In this document: piece by piece, positions 46,153 through 60,600 of the stretch
How the letters are laid out: every line of letters starts with the position of its first letter
Numbering within the stretch: the stretch's first letter is position 1
From: Massalongia carnosa
Lineage: Eukaryota
NCBI GenBank assembly: GCA_965645245.1
Contig: OZ287067.1
Coordinates: 1,922,001 to 1,986,000, forward strand
Direction: 5' to 3'
DNA: 64,000 nucleotides
Notes under the pieces: model-generated
What the model saw: only the letters and a program-made list of their open reading frames with translations
The model's database searches: none
What the model was told of the DNA's origin: nothing
Position numbers and translations under genes: made by a program

Positions 46153-48912
46153 TAATTTGCATTTGAGGGAGCAAAACGTCTGGATCCTAATGACATCCCC
46201 ATATAGATTATGTCGACATAGTTGGCCCATTTAAGGACAAATGTGGCTCCGTAAAGGTCAGCGTTAACCCGACAGGGCGTAATCTATGATTACAGATCCT
46301 TGTTAAACTAAAATGCAGCTCAAAAACTTCATTCGAAAACGAAAAAGGGAAGCTATGCTGGCATGGGCCCCATAGCGACAACGAGTGATACCTTCAGCGG
46401 AAGCCTTGGGGGGGGGGAAGACAAATTTAGTTACTAATTAATACGTTTTCCTTAGCAGCATAATAATCTTTAAAAAACCAAAAGATAAACTACAATGAGA
46501 AGCAAATCCTTGAAAGCAGAGAAGGATTCCTTAATCCTGGTATTCGGAGTTCGAGTTAAATTCGTTGCTGGTGAACAAGTGTTGAAAGTCAATCTTGTAT
46601 GATGGATCATCAACGTCTGCTCACAAGGTCTTACGGGTATATTAAGCGCAGCTGTTCTATATCTATGGCACTCAAACTAGCTTTTCTTATAATTCCCAGC
46701 AAAACTGCCCGTATCAGCGGGCCATTAGCCTGAGACTGATGGAAGAATCATTTCCAATGTCATTTTGTTTGACGGCTGTGCCAATCGATTTTTTTCTTTG
46801 AAAAGGTTCGGCTTCTTTCTGTAAGATCTGTTGCAACCTGTTTGATAATATACTAGATGTTTCTTATAGAGTCCATTGTCGCCGACTGCGGGAATAGTCC
46901 GAGTTGGCCCTGGAAGCATTGCGTTCGCTGAAGCATATATATTTTCTAGGCTTTCTTGAAAGTTATGTATTTGCCCTGCTGTCATCTGTACTGGTTCTGG
47001 GTTATCGACATCCGGCATGTCCACCACAAATCCATCCAGCAACACTCTTACTGAAGTTGTCGGACATGGCGCCTTATTGAAATCTTACTTGTGGACACAC
47101 AATGGCGGACTCTACACAATACACCAACCAAGGCTATTCTGCTTCCACTTCCCAATTCCATTTATTTTTCCTTCGTTGAGTTACTTGCGCCTTCCTGATG
47201 CCGATACAATTGCCTCAGAGATTTTCTACTACAATCACTTACATCTGGGGTCATGAACCCTGTACGTGGATTTGCTCTACGCTACACTAGCTAATCATCC
47301 TTGCAAACCATTCTCACCCTGTCTCTTTCTCTTCTACGTTGGTTCCCCTCCCTTTGTCTATTCGAGTCGTCCCGTTTACCACGTTGGAAGTGATCTCATG
47401 CTTTGTATTTTTGCAATGGTTATAGTCAGAGAAGTCGTCAGTCCCGCCGTCGGCATGCGCTTCTCTATATCGGTTGATGAGTTTCTGCACAAAACTTGAG
47501 GGTCTATAGACATATCAGGCTATACCGTTGTTACAAGGGAGGCAACCCTGATGCTGTTGGTAGGGAAGTCTTGTCTGTGTCGAGGCATTCAAAAACTTCC
47601 GTGTTTGCGTCAGTGCTCTAGATGCCGGGTTAGACATCGTAAGGCTCAGCGCGGGTTTGCCTTTGAGGAATTTCTCCATTCTGAAGTAGCCTGGGTAAGC
47701 TTTAAAAAAGGGAAACGAGGCTTGCCTTCTGTGTTCGACGGATGCCATGGTGATGGATGAAGGTTAGCGAGCGATATTCCTTAGAAAAGCTAGAAAATGT
47801 AGTCGTATACAAAAGTCAAACTGAACGATAATGGAATGAGCAAATCCGAACCACGGGGTTTGACTTCAACCCCTATATCACGTTAGAAAGGATTGGCATT
47901 TCGTGCTTATATCACTAAGATATCTGTTTGTTTCAACTCTACACCGGCTCGTACAATTCTAGGATTCCTCAGTTTTCTTCCGGACCACAAAGTCGATGTT
48001 GATGTTATAGAGCCTTTGAAGAAACACTGAATGAGAATGAAGAATAAATGTGTACACATAATTTTGATACGTTATTTTTAACTCCTTCCTCACTCCAGAA
48101 CTTCCTGCTGCCCCCCAAGCTAAGCCAAGCTCCGCTGCGCACAGCGCAAAAATAACAACAACATCTGGCCCCGGCTTATCTACGGTGAAAACGGGGTTTT
48201 CGGCTTCAACTCCACCCCGTCTACCCAATCAATAGCTATGGGTGGGAAAGATGCAGGTTCCAACATGGTAGACACGCAGCGCGGAGAAACTGAACTGCCA
48301 AATAGCACATATAGGTATGATCCTTCTGCTATAAAATTTGATGTAAGTAAAAGCTATAGAATGCTATAGCAAAGATATTTTTCGTTATACCTGGTAACTA
48401 CGCAAAAGCGACATAGCCAAAGATCACCACAAGAAGCACTCAGCGCTGAAGGATGTTAAGACTGAAACCTTTCTTGAATTTAACACCTACTCCATGCATC
48501 ACGGCTGACATTGATTGCCTATGGGGGACTTTAGCTCATTCGCTCACCCAGGATCATAAAACTTCATTTGCTTAGAATTTTGAGATTTTTACAGAGTTAA
48601 AAAAACCATGCTTGAACGATATGAAATTGGCTGAGATTTAATACAGATCTTCGCATAGCTTCACAGGCTAGAGAAATAACTCAAGCCGAAAGAACTCCAG
48701 GCAGTTCGTAAGCATTTTCACTAAGGTTAATTTTTGGTAGAGTTAGTCTGCTGAATTCCCTGTAGCTGATGGCATCTACTCCTAGTCCATCCTAATAAGA
48801 CTAAATGTAGGGCTTACAGTTTGAGAGGTGGACAATTTGTTTTGAAGATTAGCAGCTGAAGAGATTGATGTGATCGTTGTATCTGATTAGGACTAAGTTC
48901 GGATAATAATTG

Positions 48913-50295
48913 TCAAAACCGTCCGCTCTCTCGACTTGAGGAAGGAACTTCGAGTTGACTCCAGCGGTGTCCATTGGGTCCTCCGGGCGTACTAGTCCTT
49001 TTTGGCAGAATCGCATCTCTCTTGACTGGGCTAACGCTCCTCTCCTGTCGCCAGTGCGCATCGGTGAAATTTGTTGAAGCCGCCTTCCTGAGAGGGGAAT
49101 GAGCGTGAGTGTAAACCCCAAGACTGCCGCCATCCCCATTTCGAACACCTGCAAGATGTGGTTTTCTTATCGCCGTGTTGGGACGCAATGGCGATGAAGG
49201 GTCCCGTTGAAGTGTGGGAGTGTGATGTGGTGGGGCTGTACCCGTTGCGATGCCTTTTAATGGCGTTGCTCTCAAGATCAGGCTGTCGGGATTCAAATGC
49301 TTAATGTAATTAGGATTGGGCCGAGTGTGAAAGCCTCTATTCACGATGACGGTAGGCTTGTAGATGTCCACAGTCTCATTGTTGTCATCAAGGTAAGCCG
49401 AAACGTCTGTAGACGCATCGGAGCTCGAAAACTGTGTTCCAACGTCTCGTACGGCTGGTCTGGTACGGGGGTGGACAAACTTAGCATCATACTCATTTAG
49501 CATTTCTTTATGTATAACAGAATTGTCCTTAGACTGCTGCAAGAAAAATATATGAAGTACAATAAGCTGAACCGATAGAAGGGTAGTTAATACTAGAGTT
49601 GTAAATATCGTAACACTCGGTCTAGGATCTCTGGAAGTGGTTGGTAGAAAGAGCCAGTACACCAAGACATGTCCAGGACTCAAATAACAGAACAACTTGA
49701 GGGACAGAGGCGTAGGATCCCATACAGCAAGCTCCCAGACATCCCTAGTCGCATCTGGATGTGATCGAGCCTCTGCACTCTCACCTGCCAGCACACTAGA
49801 TAGAAAATGAAGGGGGGAGGATGATAGTGGTGATGAATCAACACGGACACGGCGAGCAGATGGTGTGCTTGGAGCAGTATCAAGGGCATTTTCAAAGAGT
49901 CTGTAATAGCGCCTGCGCCAAAAGGTGTAGGCGGTGTTCATGACCGACAACAAGGTCAAGAAATGAACTATAAAAGCTGCCTGTCATCTATAAGCAATAC
50001 TAAAGCAGCTTCGAAGGCTGAAAACACCCACCATCCAGGCCAGCCACCCAATGTACTGTATATCCTCTCCGAAGACATCGTCCCCTTCTCTTCGAGTATA
50101 CGGCCCACAGTTCGCTCTCGCGATTAAGAAAATCACATTGAGAGTTATTCCGATTGGGGTGGCCCACTCATCTTGCCATTGCTCCCAATCACCCGAATCA
50201 AGCTCCTCCGAAATCCAAAGCAAGAAGTCTAGCGGATTGAGATGATTTTTAATCCGCTCTGATAGCGGTCTGCGACGAACAAGTCTTGGCGGCAT
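48913..50295 (-). CDS. NUR1: Nuclear rim protein Nur1/Mug154-like
   Basis: RLVRRRPL.ERI...LNPLDFLLW.SEE, R.YRLFE......PSTPSARRV, VWELAVWDP, FSPGH-like motif, and E...EYD.KFVHP. Intron at 50031-49981. Confidence 0.88.
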
Positions 50296-50835
50296 GCTGC
50301 TGTCCTAATCAGAGAGGGAAGCTATGCAGAGACTCGAGAATTATAAAGGCGTCTCGCAAAGTTTGTACTCTATACTCTGTACCTCTGTACGCTGTACGGA
50401 GTAGTGTAGATTATTCTAGGTATACTGTATACTCTGGACTCCATGTAGGTTCTTTAGCCAACGAATTCTAATCTGTTATTATATCATTAATAGAGTAAGT
50501 AAAGTGATGTGAAAGCTTTCAGTAAACTGTACAGAACATGGGATAACGATTGAGTTCCATGTTTTTAAAATCTCTGTAATCTGTGACTAGGGATGCACCC
50601 TAGTTACTAATTACAGAAAAATACTCTGTACCTGTTTTGTACTAGTAATATACACTTACATAGTTTTGTAAGCCAATCAAATTGCGCTAACAATGTTATC
50701 GTAATGATACCGTACTCAATATAGTTATTCTTTATAAGTTAATTTTACTTGCAGTATTCTGGAGAGTACTCAACCCCTTTGTTTACTGGGTCGTCTCTTG
50801 CTACAGCAGGAGCACCACTAGTATTTCAGAGCAAA

Positions 50836-51399
50836 ATGGCAGCTCCCCCTTCCGCTTATAAGGACCGTCACTTTCTTGCCGTTATTGGAGATGAGGTACA
50901 AGCGATTTTAACTCCATATTTCAGTGCTTTGAAGCTAATCGATGTCTAGGACTCTGTTACAGGCCTGCTTCTCGCTGGGATTGGGGTAGGGACTGGCATA
51001 CACATAAAATACTTGGGCAACTTTTTGACCTTGGAAAATTGCTGACACGCAAACTATAGCATGTCACGCTGCCTCCGGATGCCCAAAAGAATTTTCTTGT
51101 CGTTGATACCAAAACCGAAACCTCGACAATTGAACAAGCGTTTGATAGATATACACATGATCGAAAGGATATTGCAATCCTCCTGATTAATCAGCATGTA
51201 GGTGATATTCCTGTTAGACAATGCATGTTGGAGTGCCTGCTGAATGGGCGTTTCTAAGATCGCGGAGCGGATTCGCCATCGTGTGGACATTTACACAGAT
51301 GCCTTTCCGGCGGTTCTAGAAATCCCAAGCAAAGATCACCCGTATGATCCAGAAAAGGATAGTGTTCTAAAGCGGGTTAGAAGGCTGTTTGGAGAGTGA
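50836..51399 (+). CDS. VMA7: V-type ATPase subunit F (4 exons)
   Basis: Spliced product: [23 protein letters not shown]...[19 protein letters not shown]...[27 protein letters not shown]. Confidence 0.97.
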
Positions 51400-51730
51400 T
51401 AATGTGAATGTCAAAGCTATTGAACTCAATGTATTCCCCTTGAAGGCAGGGGCTTTGCCGCACCTTTTTGCCGCAACTTCACAACTTGATCCTAAAGTAC
51501 CTGGTCAAACTTAGATACACCAGAGGGAGTTACATGCAGTCTGAAAGCAATCGCCTAAAAACCCAGCCTCAATAATTCACGGATTCCGTTTTTAAGTTGT
51601 CATTACTATCCATCAGTGAAGTAGGCTACTAATGGTGCCGATCTTCCAGCTTCCGATAGTAGAAATTCATTGGTTAGGCACTTTTATCACCTCTGAACGG
51701 ACTCCGAACTTTTATTCAATCAACTTGTTG

Positions 51731-52333
51731 TCATATTTTAACTGTAGCCTCCAGGCAAGTAATTTGACGATCATCATGTGTATACACATCCGCCAAAACA
51801 GTATATTTTCCCTAAAAGTAGATCTTGTAAGCACTATTGAAACCCTGAGAACAGGACACTATGATGTATACCGGTGGAATTGGGCTAGGCAACTCAAACT
51901 TCTTTGTCAGTGCCTTCTCGCCGTATAATGGACACTCCTTGTCAACGTTGTGAATCTGCTCACACAAGTCCACCGTCTGTTTTATCAAGGTAATGAGGCT
52001 ATATTTGACAGAAAGGTGGATATAAGCGCCTTTGATAACTTCAGCAGTAAAGTTGCCTTTGGCTTCGATGATGAGTGTTTTGCCCCTAAAGTATGTTAGC
52101 AGGATGGTCTTTAGGCACTGGAACGACTCCAAAATTTACTCTACTGGAGGATTTGGCGACACGTTGACGTGATCAATAGTCAGGAGGTAATCATCCGCAG
52201 TTTGACAGAATTGCAAAGGGTTCTCGCCAGGGACATCGCGATTATCGGCCAAAATCCACTGCTCCTTGCTAATGGACCTAAATGTAGCGGCGGCAAAGGA
52301 AGCAAAGAGGGGGAAAAGAACAGTAGACTTCAT
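51731..52333 (-). CDS. NPC2: ML-domain phosphatidylglycerol/phosphatidylinositol/sterol transfer protein (3 exons)
   Basis: Signal peptide, VPGENPLQFC, V.VSPNPP, VKYSLITLI...DLC, and IPP|GKYTVLADVYT.....TCL. Confidence 0.93.
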
Positions 52334-53865
52334 TGTTAGTTAATCGTGCACGCGTTATGTTTCAGCGTTAGATTAACTGTAGATAAATCACACTCTAAGC
52401 CGGATCGTATAATATAATGTAAACGCTTATTGGAAGAATGGCGTGAATATCGATGACGCGCAAGGAATGAGTGATGAAAGGTAGAAACTCATGTTCTTGG
52501 CCAGATACGTAGGGAGGCAGTAGACGAGAATATCAGGGTATTGTTAATATTACATAATCTGATGTCTAACGTACTAGGGATGTACCCTATACCAAGCTCA
52601 TGAGAATTGCTGCAGTATTATTGAGGCTTGTACGGATAATGTAATATGTGTTATATGTCTGTCACTTCTGTCACTGAATTTCCTTTCGTGTACCTCGTAC
52701 GGAGTACACACACCTCTGATTTAGAATACTGAACAACGACTAGCTTGAAAGCAAGGAAAATAGATATCAAGAAAACGTAATGATTACCTTAGCTCCTCCA
52801 TCCTCTCAGATCGATAGTGTCCTTGGTACTCTGTACGGAGTATTCCGTACCGAGTACTCAATATAGAACAAATCTGTGTATAACTTGGTTCTCATGCAGG
52901 CCACCCTAAACACTAAAATAGGCTTCTATTCTTCTGTATCTAGGTACAGAATATATGAATGATTTGGCAGGAATCTGTTTGCCCTTGAACGTTCCCAACT
53001 AGTTTCAGGGCATTGCTTCGGCTGTTCCATAGAGAGTTGCAGGGACTCCAAGATGTATTCTGTATTCTTTATGTAGAATCACTACAATTAGTTAGTCAGC
53101 GCTCTTGATCAAATCCCAAGACCACAGAGAACTTTGATTGTGGAAGAGAAGTTCTATCGAAAGTCAGTACAGAGTACTTACCCGAATGTTGCTTCGTCAT
53201 GACATTCCACCCAGTAAAATACATGAGATGATCCTGTATTCTTACGCTATGTATGAAGGTATAGAAGTGTTAGCGTCGTATGATGAATGAGGGGCGGGTT
53301 CAGCGTGTCAGCGTGCATAAAAGCTACTACAAAACTTATCCGCCATTCGCCATTTCAACCTGGATCGTTCCACCCTGATTGGCTCTACCTTGTTTGGTTT
53401 AGCGTACTCCGTAAGTCTTTGCTCTTTGCGAGTTGATCTTTCCCTCGCTGATTCTCACTCGATTTCGCACTCTGGCACTTACACTGTATTTCTTACTTTC
53501 CTGGTCTCACCGGCCTTCACCCCGAAAACCCTCAACTCTGCACGATAGCGCGCCTAGGATCTTCTTCAGCGCAAAGATCTTGTTGACCTACAGGACACCC
53601 TGTCCGTCAAGTGCATCACCCTCGTATTCACTGTTTATCACGCACTAAAAATATTCGTCTCGCCCTTTTACCCGTCAGTTAAGGCCAATCATTAAGTATT
53701 TGACACAAATGCAACTGGGCTGAATGATCGCTGTATACATCTAGATGACGATCAACGTGCCCAGAATCGTCGCGTCCCTTGCACACGCCATGCGATTCAG
53801 GCCAAGGACTTTCTGAACTCATTGTCTCTACACCACAACGCCAAAGATAGGCTGTCTGTCATAGT

Positions 53866-56800
53866 ATGACAGATCCCTCGCTTTCTGTTAAAACGCATGC
53901 GGCGCCTTTTGTCGATTCGGTCGCTGGACCCGTACCTTCGTCTGCCAAGCTTGCTCATTTCTCGAAACCGACCGATGTTCCCGTTGACGAAGAAGAGGAC
54001 TACACCATCAAATGCATCTGTGGCTTTCAAGATGATGACGGGAGTACTGTGTTCTGCGAACGATGCGAAACTTGGCAACATATTGTCTGTTACTATTACT
54101 TTGAAGGAACGGTTCAAGATGTCAGCAAAATTGATCACAACTGCGCAGATTGCGAGCCCAGGCAACTCGATGCTCAAGGTGCGACCGAGCGGCAAAGTAA
54201 CAAACGTCGAGAAGAACCTGATCCCCGAAAAGTTAAGAAGACAACGACAAAGAGCCATAAGAAGAAGGTGAAGGTTCCTGACTCCCACCTTTCGCTGACG
54301 AATGGATGGTCTCATGAATCTCATGAGCGCACCAGTCGAAGCCCCAAAGACCAACTTCCTCCCGCAAAGAGACCCAAGACATGTCACAGGCCTTCCGGTT
54401 CGTTGCAGTTTCCTCTAACGTCTCTTAACTCACAGCCTCAAGCAGGCAAGCGCTCTGCGTCGTCCTCTCGCACCTTTCACAGTCCAACAGAGCTGCCAAA
54501 CGGTCACTCGCCAAATAGCTATTCCACCGAGCCCTACAGTTTTGAGTTCTTACATTTATATGATGATGATCCAGGCGATGCTCCAATGCAAGCAAATCTG
54601 TTCAACGACATCACCATCACCGGGAGTCTCTCCACATGGTCACGCGACGTAGAATCCTTACGAGATGCAACCAATGGCTTATCACCTCAGGAAGTTTTCC
54701 ATCGTTGTGAGCAACCTCTTGACTCTATGACCTTACCCTGTTTGCGGAAGGACCAGAAGCAAGACACATCACATGAGATAGATGGGCAGTACCCTAGATG
54801 GAAGTTTTTGACTATCGATACCCTGACTCCGAAGGATGCTATTGTTGGCGAGTTACGAGGAAAGATTGGCCACAAGCAAAATTATGCCCAGGATCCGCTG
54901 AATCGATGGGATTATCTCCGACATCCTGTTCCGTTTGTTTTCTTTCACCCCAAGCTACCAATTTATATAGACACACGTTGTGAAGGCACAACCTGTCGGT
55001 ATCTGCGACGAAGCTGCCACCCAAATCTAAGCATGAAGACTATCCTTGAGAATGGATCAGACTACCATTTTTGTTTTGTCGCCAAACATGATCTCGTACC
55101 TGGAGAGGAGCTAACCATAGGATGGGTTCTGGATGAACATATCCGCAGTTTTGTTCATCATCGCCGCTCTGATGAAGCAAAGCAAGACGACACCGAAGAA
55201 GAGTATGTGACAGACTGGGTTGGCAAAGTGCTTGCAGACTTTGGCGGTTGTGCATGTGATGCTCCAAGCAAATGCACTCTGGCGAGGTATGACCGGCGCC
55301 ATTGCGGATCAGGTAGTAACGTCGCAAGACCGGTATCGAACGGTAAGTTAATAAAGGGGCGAAATGGATATGCCAATAAGCCATCACCGCCAAGTACTGG
55401 CTATGCGACAAACAGTAGGGCAGGTAGCGAGATATACAAGCATCAAGATGAGGATGAGCACGAAGATAATCGATCAACATCAGGCTCAATGCGCAGCAAG
55501 CCACCAAGCAGAGATTTAACGCCAATGCATAGAGCCTCTGGTGACACCGGGTTCGTACCTGGGGTAGAGCTTTCGGATCGTGAGAAGAGGAAAATTGCTG
55601 CTATGGAAAAGAACTTTGAGCAACTTGAGCAACCAGCCCCCAAAAAAAAGAAACGCAATAGCGGTGGTTCAACTTTCATCAATACGGCCGCAGCTCCTAC
55701 CTTGGTGAGTACTATCCAGGACTTTGTGAGGTAGCTTTTGCTGATTAGCTTGTATAGAAGCAGCCAAGTCATACCATTGCTTCATTCTCGCAGCCGAATA
55801 CTCCTGGTCTTCCCACCAAGTCTCGCCACATGGAAGTAAGGACCTCTCGTCACAGATCAGGGTCTCCTGGCATAAAACCGCTACATGCCCTTGCAGCTTC
55901 AAACACCGCTTTGTCTAATATCAAGTATCAAAAAAGGCCTTCCCAATCTTCCGCTCCCGCCGCAACTTCTCCGCTTGTTTGCCAGAGTTATGTTAGCTCG
56001 GGCATGCAAACAGACGTTGAAAATACTGACTGGTTTGACTCAACAACACCGCTTTCTCTTACGCGAGCACCTTTCATGTCACTGACAAAACGTCTTTTGC
56101 TTCGTTGCCAAAAAGACAGGGAAAGACTGGACGCTGAAAGAAGCTTAGCCCATGTAGCTCCTAATAATACGCATAACAATAATATTCCGCTGTCTTTGGC
56201 CAAGTCGCAGACACCCCCAATCTCGGATGCTACCAATTCCGTCCCAATCAGTATCAGTATAACTGAAGAGTCCGAAATGAAGGAGTTCCATCCTGAACCT
56301 AAATCAGAACCCGGGGGTGCGCTCTCAAACCTTCCCGTACAGAAGCCTCGTCCTCCAGATCTAGCGCCTTCGATTCTTGATTCTATAGCAAGCAGGGATA
56401 TCAAACCTCCACTTCCACCACCGCCTTTGAAGATGGCGATTTTCCCTTCTACTACTCGGTGCCAAACCAACGGTTACCATCCACCGGACCTTCAAATTCA
56501 GCTTCCACCACCTCCAACACCTTACCAATCGTATTCGGAATTAACGTCAGACTCGTCCGTTGTTCTTATTCCTAATTCCCTTCCAACTGGATCACCATCT
56601 CACCAAACTCAGAACAGCCATTCAAGCCTTTCCGCGAACGCTTCTACTCTAGTTCATCCAAGCCCTAAAAAGAAGAAATACAACCTCAGAGAATACATGA
56701 ATAAGTTTAGCAATAGCAAGGCAGAATCTCAATCGAGTTTGGAAAAGAGCGCAGGAGCCAGCCCGGTCGTACAGCATAATCCTATAAAACTACTGGGTGG

Positions 56801-56909
56801 GCCGGCTGTAGACTCTAAAGTTTTTCCAATAGAAGAGAGCACACTTGTCAGCACCCCTATAAAAGAAGTCGATGATCTTCTGATAGAGACCAAAGACCCA
56901 AAGTCGTGA
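53866..56909 (+). CDS. SET3: PHD finger plus SET domain protein (Set3/Set4-like)
   Basis: PHD YTIKCICGFQDDDGSTVFCERCETWQHIVCY; SET YIDTR..G...RYLRRSCHPN...GEELTIGW; LSDREKRKI. Intron 55705-55757 joins the two long ORFs in frame. Confidence 0.88.
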
Positions 56910-57645
56910 TTGGTCGGTTCTTTCGGTTCCTTTTTTTTGGTTTCACTTTCTTGGGGGGCCTTAGTTTTACATAACGACTTTGCTGCCAATCAAGCGAGCG
57001 CGTTATCATTACAAATACTACGGGTACACCATTGGTGTTTCCAAGGTTGGATACCGCCTGAAGCGGTAATCCATCTAGCGGCTGTCATGATAAGGGAATC
57101 CTGTACTTTAGGGACTGTCGGTCGTGGCTGTAGCTGCCAGCAAATCCATGCACTTTTTGGCCGAATGTGTTTCACTGCTGTATCCTTGAAAATCTGGTTC
57201 ATGGCTTCGTTTGAGACGTCTCCATGTACCGGTGGCTGAGTAGTCATGAAGCGAAGAATGAAGACTAGGGGAGAGATGATTGTGTAATAGCCGGGATGTT
57301 CATGTAGTGGTGAGGATCCCACTTGTGTTGTATGTTCTTTTTGAGTAGAAGCTCCACTTTTGGGGTTTTACGAGGTAAGATGGATTCGCCTAGGCGTGGT
57401 TGTAGCTACGAATGGGTATGTATCAACGATCCATCTAAATATGCCGCAACACCGCATATCTCTTTTCGGCTTCAGATTAGTTAACGGTTAATCAGGCTCA
57501 GGTACTGGTCATTGCTAGAGTCTCAGTCCCTGTTGGCAGGGGGGAAAAAAAGGGGGGGGGCTAGATCGGAGAAGCATCCTTCACATGCATGAATCTCTAT
57601 CACTTCATTATTGTGTGAATAGAGTGAGCTGATCATGCAAAATCT

Positions 57646-60600
57646 CTACCCGCTAAACCGAAACCTCGTAGCCTCCAAACGTCCCAATCCTTCCCTAGGC
57701 GCTACGTTTCTCCTTCGGTAGGAGTTAGTGAAATCTATATCTCAGGTGCGTTAGTCATGCTACAACTAATACCACATTGATGTAGAGGAATGAACAAATA
57801 TGAGGAAGTGCCGTACCCTGCATTAAAATTCTGATTTTTCGTGGATCACCCGACTGGATCTTCTGTCCGATGGCCGTCATCAAGCGATCTCCTTCCGCCG
57901 CCCTCACCGTCCCCGCTGGTAGCATTCCTATTGTGCCCTTCACCCAAACCGCGACTTCCTGCGGCATGATCTCAAATAGAACAAGAAGGACCCCCGACGC
58001 ATCTGGGAAACAGTCCCGCGGGAAATGAAACATCATGCCTGTCAGGATGCGTTGCACTAGGACTTCACCCTGCGAAGCTACCAAGCGCTTGACAGCCTGC
58101 TGAACGTGCGGGAGGTTGCCTGGTGCTGGGCCTTGGGATCTTTCACCAAAGGAGGAAGAGTTTGGGTGGTCGGTGCCGTAGCTAAGGAAGTCACGAAGGA
58201 AGTGGAGGGTAGCCGTTAACGGGGCATCTTGTTCGAGAGTCAAGGCACTGATAGACGCCGAGAGGATAGGGCCGCAGACGGCTGCCGGAATGAGCTGCTG
58301 GTGGTAGTAGATTAAGGCGTCAACTAGTAAGCGAAAGAAATCTTCGATCACTGTACAAGCCAAACATTAAGTAAGAGCGATGGCAAAATATACTATAAAG
58401 GGAAGGGCATACCGTCAGGTAAATCGCCAGGCGGGAGATCATTCATTATCCGCAGGAAAGCGAGGGCTTGCTGCTCGAAGAAGTTATAAATCGCTTGGGA
58501 AGTAGCCGTATCAACAAATTCTGCTCCAGCAGCAAATTCGCGTAGCACAGAGTCCGTGGCCCATAAAAAGCATCCCTGGCGTGAATTTTCAAACCCAGCA
58601 GCGAGCTGCTGCGCAAGTGAGGGGAGTAGGGGAAGGATGGCAGTCCGATAAGATAGAACCATATACCGCCAACAACGGCAGACCCTTTCAAGGATTGGTG
58701 TAGAATGAGTGAAGTTTTCCGCTATTGCCGATAGTACCGGTAAGATTTCTTGGCAGTACTTGACAGCCGGGTTTTGTTCTGTGGGCGAGACATAGGGCTG
58801 GATATTTTGTATAAAAATTGTCAGAAGCTGCAAATAATCTAGGCGCTAGCAATCAGTATTTTGAACCAAATTTCTTAGATCCAATGAATTCCTAGTACCT
58901 GCGACGGCCAATCTACCGTTTTCATCTTGCTCGTTGCTTGCCTCATTGGCGCGAGCCACCAATCTCCTTATTATAGGGTCACAATAGAGTTTGAACATAG
59001 GAAGGATCTTGTCCAGCGGTTGTGCTGAAACCACGCAAGCCACGCCTTCAGTAATTTCTTCCTGACTCGCGGGTGGAAGCTTGTCAAGGACTGATTCATA
59101 GAAATCGTGAAGCTGGGTAACGTGATCTTGGAGAAGTGCCTTGCAATCTGTGCCAAAGAATCGGAAAGCAAGTGCTGCAGCTCGTACGACGTCCTTAGAC
59201 TCATGCTGGAACCCTGCAATGACAAAATTCAACTGAGTTTGGAGAAATTCTGGATGCTGAGCAGTCCAGTCCGTATAGCGCCCAAGAGCCATAATAGCCT
59301 GAAAACGAAGCTTCTCATGATCCGGGATTTGGACGATGAGTGGAATAACTTGACGAAGAATAACATTCTCCTCCGCGGATACGTTCCGACCCATAGCACG
59401 CATACTAAACAGCGGAGCTTCAAGCTCTTGCCAATGCGGTACTCTAGTGGTCGATGATTGCGAGCCCCAAATGGAAATCCAACGTTGAATGAGGTTGAAA
59501 GCTTTACCCAGGCATTCTGTGACAGTGATCACATCGCAACAATCTTTGAGAACATCTCCCATTTGGTGACGAAATTCGCGGAATTTCTCCTCTTGCTCTC
59601 GGTCACCATCAAAAAGATCCGTCTCGTCGGCAGTATTTGGTGTGGGGTATTCCAGATGTTTAATCATGATGTCCACCAGTTTTGCAAAGACATCCACATA
59701 TTGGTTGCGCGCTTCAGTATATTTATCTAAAGTAATCATTTGCTTGAACTCATACCAGAATAAGAATGTTAAGGCAATCGAGTCTCGGTTACGATCCCTA
59801 GCACAGCACTCCAGGATGGCTTCCACGAGACCCCTGAATTCATTTGGTAGCCGAGCGATCATAACAACCCAGGCTTCCCCAGCTTCAGCAAAGATTCTTG
59901 TAATGCCTTTAAAATATTCGGATTCTTCCGATTCGGCAAACTCGGCAATCTTAGGCTTCAAAGAAAGAATGCGTGGATAAATGGTTTGGATCAGCTCAAC
60001 GGATTCGTCTACCTCCCGAGTATCCCTAAAAATAGTGCACATACAGTCTGTGGCAGCCTCAAAAGAAGACTCTATCGACAAGGCATTGACAATTGAGTCA
60101 AACAAGGGAGAGTTGACAACGTCAGCAGCAGGGATCTCCCGAAGCCATGAATCTATACATTCCAGAAAATGAGGGTTTGACGCCGCATTTTCTACTCAAA
60201 AATCAGTAGAGGCAAACAACGTATTCACTATGCCGCTAAACATTACCAGATGATTGAGAGTATTGCGTTAGAAGTCCCAAAACATGGGTCGCATTTTCTT
60301 CTAGAAGTTCTCGGCTTCTATCTGCAAGTTCCTCTTCCTATGGTTATTAGGATGCATTAGATAATGTTGTTTTGATAAGCAGAGCTGCCTGCATTTGCCC
60401 AAACTGGTGGTGTCTTGGCCGCACATACTGTGAGATTGATTTTTCGACCCTCGGTGACTTCTTCAGGTAACACTCTCAGAAATTCCAAGACACAGTCTCC
60501 TGCGCTTTTTCCTAAAGTAGAGCCGACAAGCTGGAGAACATCTTTCCACTCTATCATTTGTATTGCTAAGTTCGCGAGGCAGACGCACAGCTGTGTTCGA

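Noticed and set aside
57539..57560. G6-A7-G8 run (and the G-run at ~46407) as G-quadruplex or regulatory elements
   Set aside because: Simple homopolymers in 3' intergenic DNA with no supporting context.
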